From contig CAZBJN010000001.1 in assembly GCA_964492305.1 (NCBI GenBank), positions 13,926 to 59,288 of the forward strand: a stretch of 45,363 bases of DNA. The letters are read 5' to 3'. Source of the stretch: an uncultured Candidatus Saccharibacteria bacterium. Its GTDB lineage: Bacteria > Patescibacteriota > Minisyncoccia > Phycocordibacterales > UBA918. Positions 33,998 to 42,786 of the stretch are shown here, piece after piece; within the stretch, counting starts at the first letter, position 1, and each line of letters opens with the position of its first letter. The position numbers and the translations under genes are program-made. The notes beneath the pieces are model-generated. The model was not told where the DNA came from. It was given only the letters and a program-made list of their open reading frames with translations, and searched no databases.

Positions 33998-35510
33998 AAT
34001 TTTGGATGCGGTACTGTAGCGCCTCAAGCACATGTTTGGTCTCTAGCTCTGTGCTCTCATCCAGATCAGCAATGGTGCGGGCTACTTTTATGAGACGGTG
34101 GTAACTGCGAGGCGATAAGTTTAGTTTTGTTGAAGAAAGTTTTAATAAATCAGATACTTCGGGAGACAGGGTGATGGTGTGATCAATATCACGACTAGTC
34201 ATCTCAGCATTGGTGGCAATTCCCCGTTCACGGAAGCGGGCAGCCTGCGTCTGTCTGGCGATAGAAATTGCCTTTCTTGCTCGACTGGTCTCTCCTTCAG
34301 ATCGTTTAAGGTTGGCAAGGGTTTCGTAATCAATATGTGGCACTTCTATCCATAAATCAATTCGATCTAGGATTGGTCCAGATATCTTACCTTTGTAGGT
34401 TTCTCGCATTGCTCTAGCTAAGTTAACGGTGCCATCTTCCGCTCCTCGGTATGGATTCATGGCTGCCACCAAAATGAAATCTGCTGGAAAAAGTGCAGTG
34501 CCTTGGATACGAGAGATGCTCACTACCCTGTCCTCTAGTGGTTGACGTAGTGCATCCAGTGAACGTCTGTCAAACTCAGGAAATTCATCCATAAATAGTA
34601 CTCCTTTGTGCGCTAGCGTGACTTCACCAGGCTTAGGATTGGCTCCGCCTCCTACAAGAGCGGTGTGTGAAGCGGTATGATGCGGAGTACGAAATGGTGG
34701 AGTGCTGGTGATTCCGCCTTCATGCCCACAAAGTGAATTGATGGCTGTGACCGCCAACATGTCCTCGCGCCCAAGTGGGGGGAGTAGTCCCTGAAAAGCA
34801 CGAGCGAGCATTGTCTTGCCTGTGCCAGGCGGCCCAACTAATAGTATGTTATGTCGTCCGGCGGCAGCTATGGTAAGGGCACGCTTGGCACTTTCTTGGC
34901 CTTTGATATCTTCAAGTACCACTGAGCCATCATTCCAAATGTTTTCATCAATGATTGTTAGGGGTTGAGGGGTAAGTTTGGCGTGGTCAGGTCGACTACC
35001 GTCTAGGTGGGCCAGAACAGATTGCAGATTTTTGGCAGGATAAATAGTAATGCCATCAATTAAAGCAGCTTCGGTGGCGTTGTCGGCTGGAATAATAATT
35101 TCTTTATAGCCATTTTCTTTGGCAGCCATGACCATATTAAGAACGCCGCGTACGGAGCGCACGCTGCCGTCTAAACCAAGTTCCCCTACCAAGAGTATGT
35201 CTTCGGGCACAGTAATTTCTCCAGCTGCAGATAGATAGGCAATGGCAATTGGTAAATCAAACAGCGGCCCCTCTTTCTTTAAATCAGCTGGCGATAATGA
35301 AATGGTGATCTTTTGGTTTTTGCTTTTAGGTGACTCAAAACCAGAATGTTTGATAGCGCTACTGATACGATCTTTAGATTCTTCAATGGCTTTGCCTGCC
35401 AGACCGACAATTGAAAACGAATGCAGACCTCGTGAGAGGTCTGCTTCAATCCGGATAATAGTTCCGGAAAGTACATGCGGCTGGACAGTGTGAACAAGCG
35501 CGAGCGACAT
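33996..35510 (-). CDS. comM: YifB/ComM-family Mg-chelatase-like AAA ATPase
   Basis: Lon-protease-like N-domain, LVGPPGTGKTMLA, GVLFMDEFPEF. Start set at MSLALVH (35510). Confidence 0.9.
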   Translation of the reverse strand: MSLALVHTVQPHVLSGTIIRIEADLSRGLHSFSIVGLAGKAIEESKDRISSAIKHSGFESPKSKNQKITISLSPADLKKEGPLFDLPIAIAYLSAAGEITVPEDILLVGELGLDGSVRSVRGVLNMVMAAKENGYKEIIIPADNATEAALIDGITIYPAKNLQSVLAHLDGSRPDHAKLTPQPLTIIDENIWNDGSVVLEDIKGQESAKRALTIAAAGRHNILLVGPPGTGKTMLARAFQGLLPPLGREDMLAVTAINSLCGHEGGITSTPPFRTPHHTASHTALVGGGANPKPGEVTLAHKGVLFMDEFPEFDRRSLDALRQPLEDRVVSISRIQGTALFPADFILVAAMNPYRGAEDGTVNLARAMRETYKGKISGPILDRIDLWIEVPHIDYETLANLKRSEGETSRARKAISIARQTQAARFRERGIATNAEMTSRDIDHTITLSPEVSDLLKLSSTKLNLSPRSYHRLIKVARTIADLDESTELETKHVLEALQYRIQN

Positions 35511-35517
35511 GAGTTGT

Positions 35518-35895
35518 TTATAGTGGCAACTGCCCTTCTTCATCCATGTGGGTCATACAGGTTCGGGCGTCTGGTTTAAACTGCAATCTTTTTTCTTCAA
35601 TTGGCTCACCAGAAACTTCACACATGCCGTATGTACCGGCTTCAATCTTGGCCAAGGCTCGTTTGATGTTACGGTAGTCTCGTTCAAGATCAGAAAGTGT
35701 CGCTCGTCTTTCATTCCAGGCTTCAACTGAGTCAGCATTGGTGTTCTCATCAGCATCGACAGCCACATCTTCTTCGTCAGGAATCGCTTCCCAGTTGTCA
35801 GTTGCTTCATCAAGTGTTCCGATAGTCTGCAGTTCAGTAGTTACTGCTACTAACATTTCTTCTAACTTGGTCTTGTGGAGAGTAAAGTCTGACAT
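35518..35895 (-). CDS. DksA/TraR-family protein with degenerate zinc finger
   Basis: Coiled-coil N-terminal part. C-terminal C-x2-S-x17-C-x2-H (CEVS...CMTH) at the spacing of the canonical C4 finger. Confidence 0.7.
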   Translation of the reverse strand: MSDFTLHKTKLEEMLVAVTTELQTIGTLDEATDNWEAIPDEEDVAVDADENTNADSVEAWNERRATLSDLERDYRNIKRALAKIEAGTYGMCEVSGEPIEEKRLQFKPDARTCMTHMDEEGQLPL

Positions 35896-35902
35896 AAAGA
35901 GT

Positions 35903-37513
35903 TTATTTTAAAAGGGTGGTTAATTGAGCAAAGCTCGCACTGTTGGTGGTAATGACAATAGTACCAGAAACAATGCCATAGAGTAATCGTTCTGATCCAT
36001 TGATATTTTTAAGTATTCGAACATCAGTCCCGCCAATGGTTGCGTCCAAGAAGGAATCAGTAGCTTCAGGTGCAAGAGACATAAGCGTTGTGAGGTCGCT
36101 ATACATAGTACTTTCCCACATCAGGAGACCGCCACGGGCTGCAGTTTCGTCTTTAATTTTTAGTAGTAAGTAGGGAGATTGGTTGATATAGCCTACACGC
36201 ACAGCGCTGATGGTTTGAGCAAAGTCTGGTGCTATTTCAAGCGGAAGTGCAGAGATAATTTGTGTTGGTGAGACTACTTCTGTACTACCTATAGTTGAAG
36301 TGAACATAAATACACCTTGTGTTGTGTTCCGTTCATTTTGCAGGCTTTCAAACGCTTCGGTAATTGAATCAGTGGTAATCGTGTAGAGTAAAAGCGTTCT
36401 GACTTCAGTGTCGTTGAGAAGAGTGTCTGGTACCGGTGTATTTGATAGGACTGCCCCATCTTTGTAAAGCATGAAGTAACCTGTGGCGCCGAGTGTGGCG
36501 ATTAATACAACAAAACCTGAGATTGATAAGGTGAGCGTATTGGTGTTGATTTTAAGTAGATCAAAGCGACCTTTTTTGACAGGGTTCGTTTTTACAGGAA
36601 CTGCTACTGGTACTTCCTCTATTACATCCACTTCGTCTTCTTTCGGTGGTGTTTGAGGTACTTCTGGCACCTCTTCTACTTCGTCTATCGCAGCAACGGC
36701 CGGCAAGTTAACTTCGGGCGCTGCGGCTCTGACAGTAGCAGCCCAACGGTTATCGTCAGGACCATCAGTTTCTGTCTCGGTCTCGTATATTGGTTCAGGT
36801 TCAGGCATTACTTCTGTTGGCGTCGCGCGGAAACTTTTGCGGGCCACCATCTGAACATTGCTAATCTTTTGAGTGGTGGTCTCAGCTAGGAGTGCAAAGC
36901 CTGGTTCGGTGTTGGCTGTCCAGATAGTATCTGGCTCATCATCCCTCAAGGCTTTTGCTGCAGCATTTGCCTTTCTCTCCAAGATGCGTTCCTGGATTGA
37001 GCTAAAGTCAGACGAGGCGAATTTACCAGTTTTTGAAGTAGCCTTTTGGATAATGCCCTTGCGACGAGTAGTGTCTGGGACGGTGTACTTTGGTATTTTC
37101 TTGGCTTTGTATCCTCGTTTCTTAGCTAAGAACCAGTCATGAATCGAATTGATGATGGCTGGTATGAGCTTAAACTCATCATGTTTGGTGTCAGTAATGA
37201 TGGTGGCAGCAGCCCCATCTTCATTGTCCATGATGATGGTAGGGTCATTTTTTGTTGGGGTAATTGGCTTAAGGGCAGGTACTTCTTTTGGTGCCTTTTT
37301 GGGTACTGGTTTAGAAGCCGGTACTTCAACCCTACTGACTTTAGTAGTAAGAGTATCAGAAGCCCGAACAGGCTCCTTGTCCATTTGCTCCGCTGCTTCT
37401 ACCACAGCCGGTTCTGCGGCGGCACTGGCCTTGTGATTACGATTACTATCCAAATCTTTGGCGTAAGTCCGTATGGCGGCGAGTTTAGTTGGTGCTTTGG
37501 TTTCCGTATCCAT
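35903..37513 (-). CDS. hypothetical single-pass membrane protein (536 aa)
   Basis: Lys/Pro/Ala-rich N-terminal half, TM segment FVVLIATLGATGYFMLY, ~190-aa C-terminal domain. No family recognised. Confidence 0.7.
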   Translation of the reverse strand: MDTETKAPTKLAAIRTYAKDLDSNRNHKASAAAEPAVVEAAEQMDKEPVRASDTLTTKVSRVEVPASKPVPKKAPKEVPALKPITPTKNDPTIIMDNEDGAAATIITDTKHDEFKLIPAIINSIHDWFLAKKRGYKAKKIPKYTVPDTTRRKGIIQKATSKTGKFASSDFSSIQERILERKANAAAKALRDDEPDTIWTANTEPGFALLAETTTQKISNVQMVARKSFRATPTEVMPEPEPIYETETETDGPDDNRWAATVRAAAPEVNLPAVAAIDEVEEVPEVPQTPPKEDEVDVIEEVPVAVPVKTNPVKKGRFDLLKINTNTLTLSISGFVVLIATLGATGYFMLYKDGAVLSNTPVPDTLLNDTEVRTLLLYTITTDSITEAFESLQNERNTTQGVFMFTSTIGSTEVVSPTQIISALPLEIAPDFAQTISAVRVGYINQSPYLLLKIKDETAARGGLLMWESTMYSDLTTLMSLAPEATDSFLDATIGGTDVRILKNINGSERLLYGIVSGTIVITTNSASFAQLTTLLK

Positions 37514-37563
37514 TACAACTAGTATCTCACACTACAACCTCTTTGTGGGAGACCGCTGTGGCT

Positions 37564-39681
37564 TTATTCTGACTTTTCTAGACCCCGCTTACTCGCAAAT
37601 TCAGGGTCTGCTTGTTTGATTGATAGTCCAATTTTACCTTCCTCTATCTTGCTAACTATTACTGGAACAGTTTCCCCAACAATGAGCACACCTTCTACTT
37701 GCTCGATTCGGAATGGAGCTATTTCTGAAATGTGAATTAGCCCCTCATTATAGGTGTCTAGTTTAGCGAAAGCGCCAAAGGTAGCGAGTTTGGTAATTAC
37801 AGCGTCTACCCTATCTCCAACTGAGTAACGTTTAGTCAGTGCTTTAATTCTTTCGGCCGCGGCTTCAGCAGTGCCGTTCTTGCCAGTGATATAGACTCGA
37901 CCGTCGTCTTCAATGGCAATTTCTTCTACTCCAGTATCGGCCTTGATGCCGTTAATGGTTTTGCCGCCGCCTCCAATCACGAGACCAATTTGCTCAGGTA
38001 AAATTTGGAGTGAAATAATCTGCGGTGCTCGCGGAGAGATGGAGGCGCGAGGGGTGGCTAGTTCGGCGGTCATCACCGTTAGGATTTGAAGTCGAGCAAG
38101 TCGCGCTTTTTCGAGAGCTTCAGCGAGAACTTTAACTGGGATACCATCTACCTTTACATCCATTTGGATAGCCGTCACTCCCTCAGTTGTGCCAGCCACC
38201 TTAAAGTCCATGTCACCAAATTCATCTTCGGGTCCTTGGATGTCAGTTAAGAGAGCGTACTTCCCGTCTTTCATCATGACACCAGAGGCAATTCCGGCGA
38301 CTGGCCTTGTGATGGGCACTCCCCCGTCCATGAGCGCAAGAGTAGAGGCGCAGACAGACCCCATTGAACTAGATCCGTTACTAGACATGGTCTCAGAGAC
38401 TAGTCTAATGGTGTAGGGAAATTTATCAGCTGAAGGGATAACTGGTACTAGTGCTTTTTCGGCCAAAGCTCCATGTCCAATCATTCGTCTGTTAAACCCG
38501 CCGACGCGACCAGTCTCACCGACTGAAAACGGTGGAAAGTTGTAGTGGTGCATAAACTGCTTTTTGCCGTCACGCTCTTCCATAGTGTCTATCATTTGTG
38601 CCGCTTCTGGTCCGCCAAGAGTTAGGGCTGAAAAAATGCGAGTGCCGCCACGATAAAATATGCCTGAACCATGCAGTACTGGCGATACTCCCCCAGCCTG
38701 CGCGTATAGTTCGCGAACATCATCCATACCTCGTCCATCAGCGCGAAGGTTTTTTTCTACCGCACCAAGGTGTAGTTCTAGATCAACCATCTCCTCAAAG
38801 AGTGCGCTGGCAGCCTTTGGTTCCTCAAGTGCGGCAGTGGCATTTAGGAATTCTTCTTTAAGCTCGTAGATATGATCCTTCCCAGCTCGGTTTGAGAACA
38901 AGGTGGCACGTAGTTTTTCGGCAAAGTTATTTTGAAAGTATTCTGTGACTGTTGCTGGAGTTTCAGGTGCTTCAATGACACGTTTAGGCTTCCCGATTTC
39001 AGCAATAATAGTTTTCTGGAATTTTTCTAGTTCGGCGTGATTACTTGTTGCGGTCTGGAGAAGAGCTGTGACATCCGTTTCGTTACATTCGTAGGCGGCC
39101 GTCTCAATCATATTGATGTTGCCATCTTTACCGCAAGCTAAGACTTCGATATCCAAATCACCCACACTTCGGTCTAGGTAGGTTGGGTTTTGGATAATTT
39201 CACCAGTGGCTTTATTGCGGGCAAGACGTACTACACCAACTGGTCCGTTCCATGGAATGTCAGATACACCAAGTGCAAGTGAGGCGCCAACAACACCGAG
39301 GATGTCAGGATCATCTTCACCGATAGCTAGTACGGTTATTACCACCTGCACATCTATCTTGAGGTGAGATGGAAAAAGTGGACGAATAGTGCGGTCGACG
39401 ATGCGAGCAGAAAGTACTGCTTCATCACTTGGTTTCCCTTCGCGGCGCATAAACCGACTACCCAAAATTTCTCCCGCGGCATAAAACTTTTCTTCGAACT
39501 CAACTGAGAGTGGAAAGTATGGTAGACCCGCGTTATCGTTTTTGCCCATGACCGCTGTGACAAGGACAACTGTTTCTCCGTACTTAATCATCACTGAACC
39601 ATTAGCCTCTGCAGTAAGGTCGTTAAATTCCGCCGTTAAGGTTTTTCCTCCGAACTCAGTTGTGTAGATTTTTCTTTGCAT
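37564..39681 (-). CDS. pnp: polyribonucleotide nucleotidyltransferase (PNPase)
   Basis: Two RNase PH domains, KH (GGGGKTINGI) and S1 (FGAFAKLDTYNEGLIHISEI). Start set at MQRKIYTTEFGG (39681); the 40-aa extension in the track is unlikely. Confidence 0.95.
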   Translation of the reverse strand: MQRKIYTTEFGGKTLTAEFNDLTAEANGSVMIKYGETVVLVTAVMGKNDNAGLPYFPLSVEFEEKFYAAGEILGSRFMRREGKPSDEAVLSARIVDRTIRPLFPSHLKIDVQVVITVLAIGEDDPDILGVVGASLALGVSDIPWNGPVGVVRLARNKATGEIIQNPTYLDRSVGDLDIEVLACGKDGNINMIETAAYECNETDVTALLQTATSNHAELEKFQKTIIAEIGKPKRVIEAPETPATVTEYFQNNFAEKLRATLFSNRAGKDHIYELKEEFLNATAALEEPKAASALFEEMVDLELHLGAVEKNLRADGRGMDDVRELYAQAGGVSPVLHGSGIFYRGGTRIFSALTLGGPEAAQMIDTMEERDGKKQFMHHYNFPPFSVGETGRVGGFNRRMIGHGALAEKALVPVIPSADKFPYTIRLVSETMSSNGSSSMGSVCASTLALMDGGVPITRPVAGIASGVMMKDGKYALLTDIQGPEDEFGDMDFKVAGTTEGVTAIQMDVKVDGIPVKVLAEALEKARLARLQILTVMTAELATPRASISPRAPQIISLQILPEQIGLVIGGGGKTINGIKADTGVEEIAIEDDGRVYITGKNGTAEAAAERIKALTKRYSVGDRVDAVITKLATFGAFAKLDTYNEGLIHISEIAPFRIEQVEGVLIVGETVPVIVSKIEEGKIGLSIKQADPEFASKRGLEKSE

Positions 39682-39773
39682 GTGTAATCGTCTATGAGTG
39701 GGACATGTTTTAGATCTCAAGTTTTGAAATCTACCTACACATCCCCCTCGTTTAGTAATACATTGAGCATAAC

Positions 39774-39812
39774 AAAATAGCCGATGGGTACAAGTACCCA
39801 TCGGCTATTTTT
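39774..39812. terminator. intrinsic terminator after the NYN gene
   Basis: aaaatagccgatgggtac-aa-gtacccatcggctatttt hairpin. Confidence 0.8.
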
Positions 39813-39817
39813 GTTTC

Positions 39818-40390
39818 CTATCGCTTGTTGTCTTTGTTTCCACGCTCTGGTTGCTTCCGAGCTTGCGGTCGCTTTTTGCTCATCTTGTAACCTATCAAAA
39901 ATTCGTGTGGGTTTTCATCCATATCAATGAAGTCGTCGACAACTTCACGAAGTCGTGAAGAAGCTGATCTACCAAATGTGATGACTTCAACCTGACACCC
40001 TTGGTTTTTGACATACTCCACTAGCGGGATAAAATCGCCGTCGCCGGACGCGAGAACAATTGAGTCAACTTTGTTGGCAAGCTTGATAGCGTCAATCGCT
40101 AGTCCAACATCCCAGTCGGCTTTCTTGGCCCCTCCGTAAAAAATCTGCAGGTCTTTGGTTTTGATTTCGATACCGACTTTTTCAAGTGCCTCAAAGAAAG
40201 CGCTCTCTTCCCCACTCTCCGTGTTTACCACGTAAGAGAGGGCGCGGATAAGTTTTCGTTCCCCAAGCGCAGCTTTTACAACTGCAGCAAAGTTCACTTT
40301 TGATTTGTATAAATTTTTCGCACTATGGTAGAGATTTTGTGTGTCTATCAAAATTGCGACCCGTTGTTCGGGGTGGCGTATAACACTCAT
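39818..40390 (-). CDS. NYN-domain (LabA/DUF88-like) predicted ribonuclease
   Basis: VAILIDTQNLYHSAKNLY and LASGDGDFIPLVEYVKNQGCQVEVITF. Basic C-terminal tail. Confidence 0.8.
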   Translation of the reverse strand: MSVIRHPEQRVAILIDTQNLYHSAKNLYKSKVNFAAVVKAALGERKLIRALSYVVNTESGEESAFFEALEKVGIEIKTKDLQIFYGGAKKADWDVGLAIDAIKLANKVDSIVLASGDGDFIPLVEYVKNQGCQVEVITFGRSASSRLREVVDDFIDMDENPHEFLIGYKMSKKRPQARKQPERGNKDNKR

Positions 40391-40461
40391 ATTGTATAAA
40401 TATAAAAACTAATAATACTTTTAAAATAACCGTCGCCTCACTCAACTATACCGTGAAAAAT

Positions 40462-40488
40462 AAAAATGCTCCAGAGAGGAGCATTTTT
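40462..40488 (-). terminator. intrinsic terminator after rpsO
   Basis: aaaaatgctcc-agaga-ggagcattttt hairpin. Confidence 0.8.
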
Positions 40489-40490
40489 AT

Positions 40491-40757
40491 TTAGCGCTTA
40501 AGACCAAGTTTCTTGATGAGAGCATTGTATGACTTCTCATCTTTCTTCTCGAGATACTTAAGGTGCTTTCGTCTATCAGCTACCATCTGGAGCAAACCGC
40601 GACGTGAGTGAAAGTCTTTCTTATGCTTGCGCAAGTGAGTTGAAAGTTCTTCAATCTGTCGTGTAAGGAGTGCTACTTGTGCTTCTGGAGAACCAGTATC
40701 ACTATCGTGACGACGGTTGTCCTTTAAGACGTTTTCTTTTACTCGTTTTGTTAACAT
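40491..40757 (-). CDS. rpsO: 30S ribosomal protein S15
   Basis: DTGSPEAQVALLTRQIEELSTHLRKHKKDFHSRRGLLQMVADRRKHLKYL. Confidence 0.95.
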   Translation of the reverse strand: MLTKRVKENVLKDNRRHDSDTGSPEAQVALLTRQIEELSTHLRKHKKDFHSRRGLLQMVADRRKHLKYLEKKDEKSYNALIKKLGLKR

Positions 40758-40935
40758 ATATATGTATGAAGCGGCCCCTTGTATTAGATACGCACCGAAA
40801 TGCTTACAGGTAGCTCGCAGTAATAACCGCGAAGGTTGTATATACTATAGCATAGATTTTTATATTTTGCAAGCTAGACCGCTGGTTTGCCTGTTTGTCA
40901 AAACAGTGTCGGGATAGACGTTGTATACTGTAGGT

Positions 40936-41856
40936 ATGACTCTCATGGAACTGAAACGACAATTTTTAGAGTATCTCGAAATCGAGAGGGGACGTAGTGT
41001 AAAGACGGTTGAGAACTATGATCGGTATATAAACCGCTTTTTTGAGTTTTCCAAGGCCAAAACACCGAGTGATGTCACTGAGGAACAGGTCCGTGAATTC
41101 AGACTTTTCCTAAATCGCCAAGCTGGCACCAAGGTTGGTGGTAGGGTCGAACCCATGAAACGTCGTACTCAGAACTATTACCTCATAGCACTTAGGGCGT
41201 TTCTCAAGTATATGCGTAAGCGAGGTGTGAGCTCACTTTCTCCGGAACGCATTGAGTTGGCCAAAGTACCAGAGCGCTCACTTGATTTAATCTCCGCCTC
41301 TGAGCTCGAACGCCTACTAAACGCACCACCAGTTAGTACCATTGAAGGTAAGCGTGACCGGGCAATTCTCGAGCTCCTCTTCTCCACCGGCTTGCGTATC
41401 TCAGAGCTCTGTTCCCTCTCTATCGATAGTGTAGACCTGTCTCGGGATGAGTTCTCTGTCCGAGGAAAGGGAGATAAAGTTCGGGTGGTGTTCCTCTCTG
41501 AAGACGCCCGTACCGCTATCAAAAACTACCTGGCTGGACGGAAGGATATGGAAGATGCCCTCTTCATTCGGTACGGACGAAAGGCTCATATTGGTGAAGA
41601 CGCCCGCATCACGCCGCGTACTGTCCAGCGACTTTTGAAACTCTACGCCACCAAAGCCGGTATCACGCGTAAAGTGACTCCCCACGTTATTCGTCACAGC
41701 TTCGCCACCGACCTTCTCAGTAACGGCGCTGACCTTCGCTCGGTGCAAGCCCTCCTCGGTCATGCGCATATCGGGACGACTCAAATCTACACCCACGTCA
41801 CTGACGCTCATCTGCGTGAGGTTCACAAAAAATTTCATACCAACCGCAAAAAATAA
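40936..41856 (+). CDS. XerC/XerD-family tyrosine recombinase
   Basis: N-terminal SAM-like core-binding domain. Catalytic motifs RISELCSL, HVIRHSFAT and LGHAHIGTTQIYTHV. ATG at 40936 is preceded by TATACT at 6 nt. Confidence 0.85.
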   Translation: MTLMELKRQFLEYLEIERGRSVKTVENYDRYINRFFEFSKAKTPSDVTEEQVREFRLFLNRQAGTKVGGRVEPMKRRTQNYYLIALRAFLKYMRKRGVSSLSPERIELAKVPERSLDLISASELERLLNAPPVSTIEGKRDRAILELLFSTGLRISELCSLSIDSVDLSRDEFSVRGKGDKVRVVFLSEDARTAIKNYLAGRKDMEDALFIRYGRKAHIGEDARITPRTVQRLLKLYATKAGITRKVTPHVIRHSFATDLLSNGADLRSVQALLGHAHIGTTQIYTHVTDAHLREVHKKFHTNRKK

Positions 41857-41884
41857 AAACCTCAGGCAACTGCCTGAGGTTTTT
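41855..41884. terminator. bidirectional intrinsic terminator
   Basis: aaaaacctcaggca-ac-tgcctgaggttttt hairpin. Confidence 0.8.
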
Positions 41885-41895
41885 ATTTTAACGAG

Positions 41896-42786
41896 CTAGA
41901 AAAGTTTTATGAGTGCTTGAATGCCTGCTTGGTTTCGCTGCCATTCTGAACTCGTGCGAGTCTCGAGCTCAACTGTAATTGCGGGAATTCCAATTGAGGC
42001 TAACCAACCCTCCGCGTCACCACTAATTGGATAGGCATCAAATGATGAGACCTTGTTGTAGTTGGCTGCGTCAGCATACGCATTCATGATGGCGAGAGTT
42101 TGTGGCAAAATCCCGGCTTCACATTCAGACGCGTAGACTGTGTTCGCTTGGCTGTGCCAAAACACTACTGCTGCCGGACTCTCGTTTTCAACTACTCGTC
42201 TAAGTGTCTGCGCTTCTGGTTCGGAGAACGCTCCTGTGCCCGCACTGACGACTTTACTTCGCCAAGTACTTTCTGGTTTCCACTTACAATCGAAGTTACG
42301 ATTGAGATCTACATCGTTCGCGTTGAAGCGACCACGACCAGTCGTGTGGGCATCGTTTGGTGGAATTTCTGATGCGATAAATTTTCCACTTGTACCTACT
42401 ACCTCAAATAGTCCGTCGGGATTAAGAGTTGGGATAATCACAAATCGCAGATGTGCAGGTACGATGAATGTACCAGCTTCAAGTACGTCGATAAATTCAT
42501 AGGCCAAGAGTGTGCTGTTCCATTCGTATCCTCCATGTACTCCTCCGACAAAAAGTAGAGTGGTACTACCTGTTCCATATGCGTAAGTCTCGATGATACG
42601 ACCTTCAACTGAAGTGCCGACCACTGCATTCTTCGGAATTGGAGTTGGCTCCACTTCGACTACTGGTGCTGGTTCTTCTGTCACCACGGTAGCTTCTTTA
42701 TTGGTCAACATGAAGATACTAATCGCAAACACAATTAGTGTAAGAGATAGGGCAACGCCAATAATTTTATTATTTCCGGTCGGCAT
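41896..42786 (-). CDS. M14-family zinc carboxypeptidase, membrane-anchored (catalytic residues present)
   Basis: N-terminal TM segment. Motifs GGVHGGYEWN, NANDVDLNRNF, FWHSQ, ITVELE. Confidence 0.75.
   Translation of the reverse strand: MPTGNNKIIGVALSLTLIVFAISIFMLTNKEATVVTEEPAPVVEVEPTPIPKNAVVGTSVEGRIIETYAYGTGSTTLLFVGGVHGGYEWNSTLLAYEFIDVLEAGTFIVPAHLRFVIIPTLNPDGLFEVVGTSGKFIASEIPPNDAHTTGRGRFNANDVDLNRNFDCKWKPESTWRSKVVSAGTGAFSEPEAQTLRRVVENESPAAVVFWHSQANTVYASECEAGILPQTLAIMNAYADAANYNKVSSFDAYPISGDAEGWLASIGIPAITVELETRTSSEWQRNQAGIQALIKLF

Noticed and set aside
39682-39801. N-terminal extensions in track ORFs (pnp +40 aa; comM +11 aa; also tsaE, the PrgI-like gene, virB4, xer, rnpA and the pilin-like gene)
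   Set aside because: The extensions are Cys/Arg-rich or overlap upstream genes. Conserved N-termini and the -10/N6 or SD signals support the internal starts.
40936-41856. Xer-type tyrosine recombinase as a marker of an integrated element
   Set aside because: It is flanked by rpsO and native-composition peptidase genes, with no att-like direct repeats seen. It is more likely the chromosome dimer resolvase.
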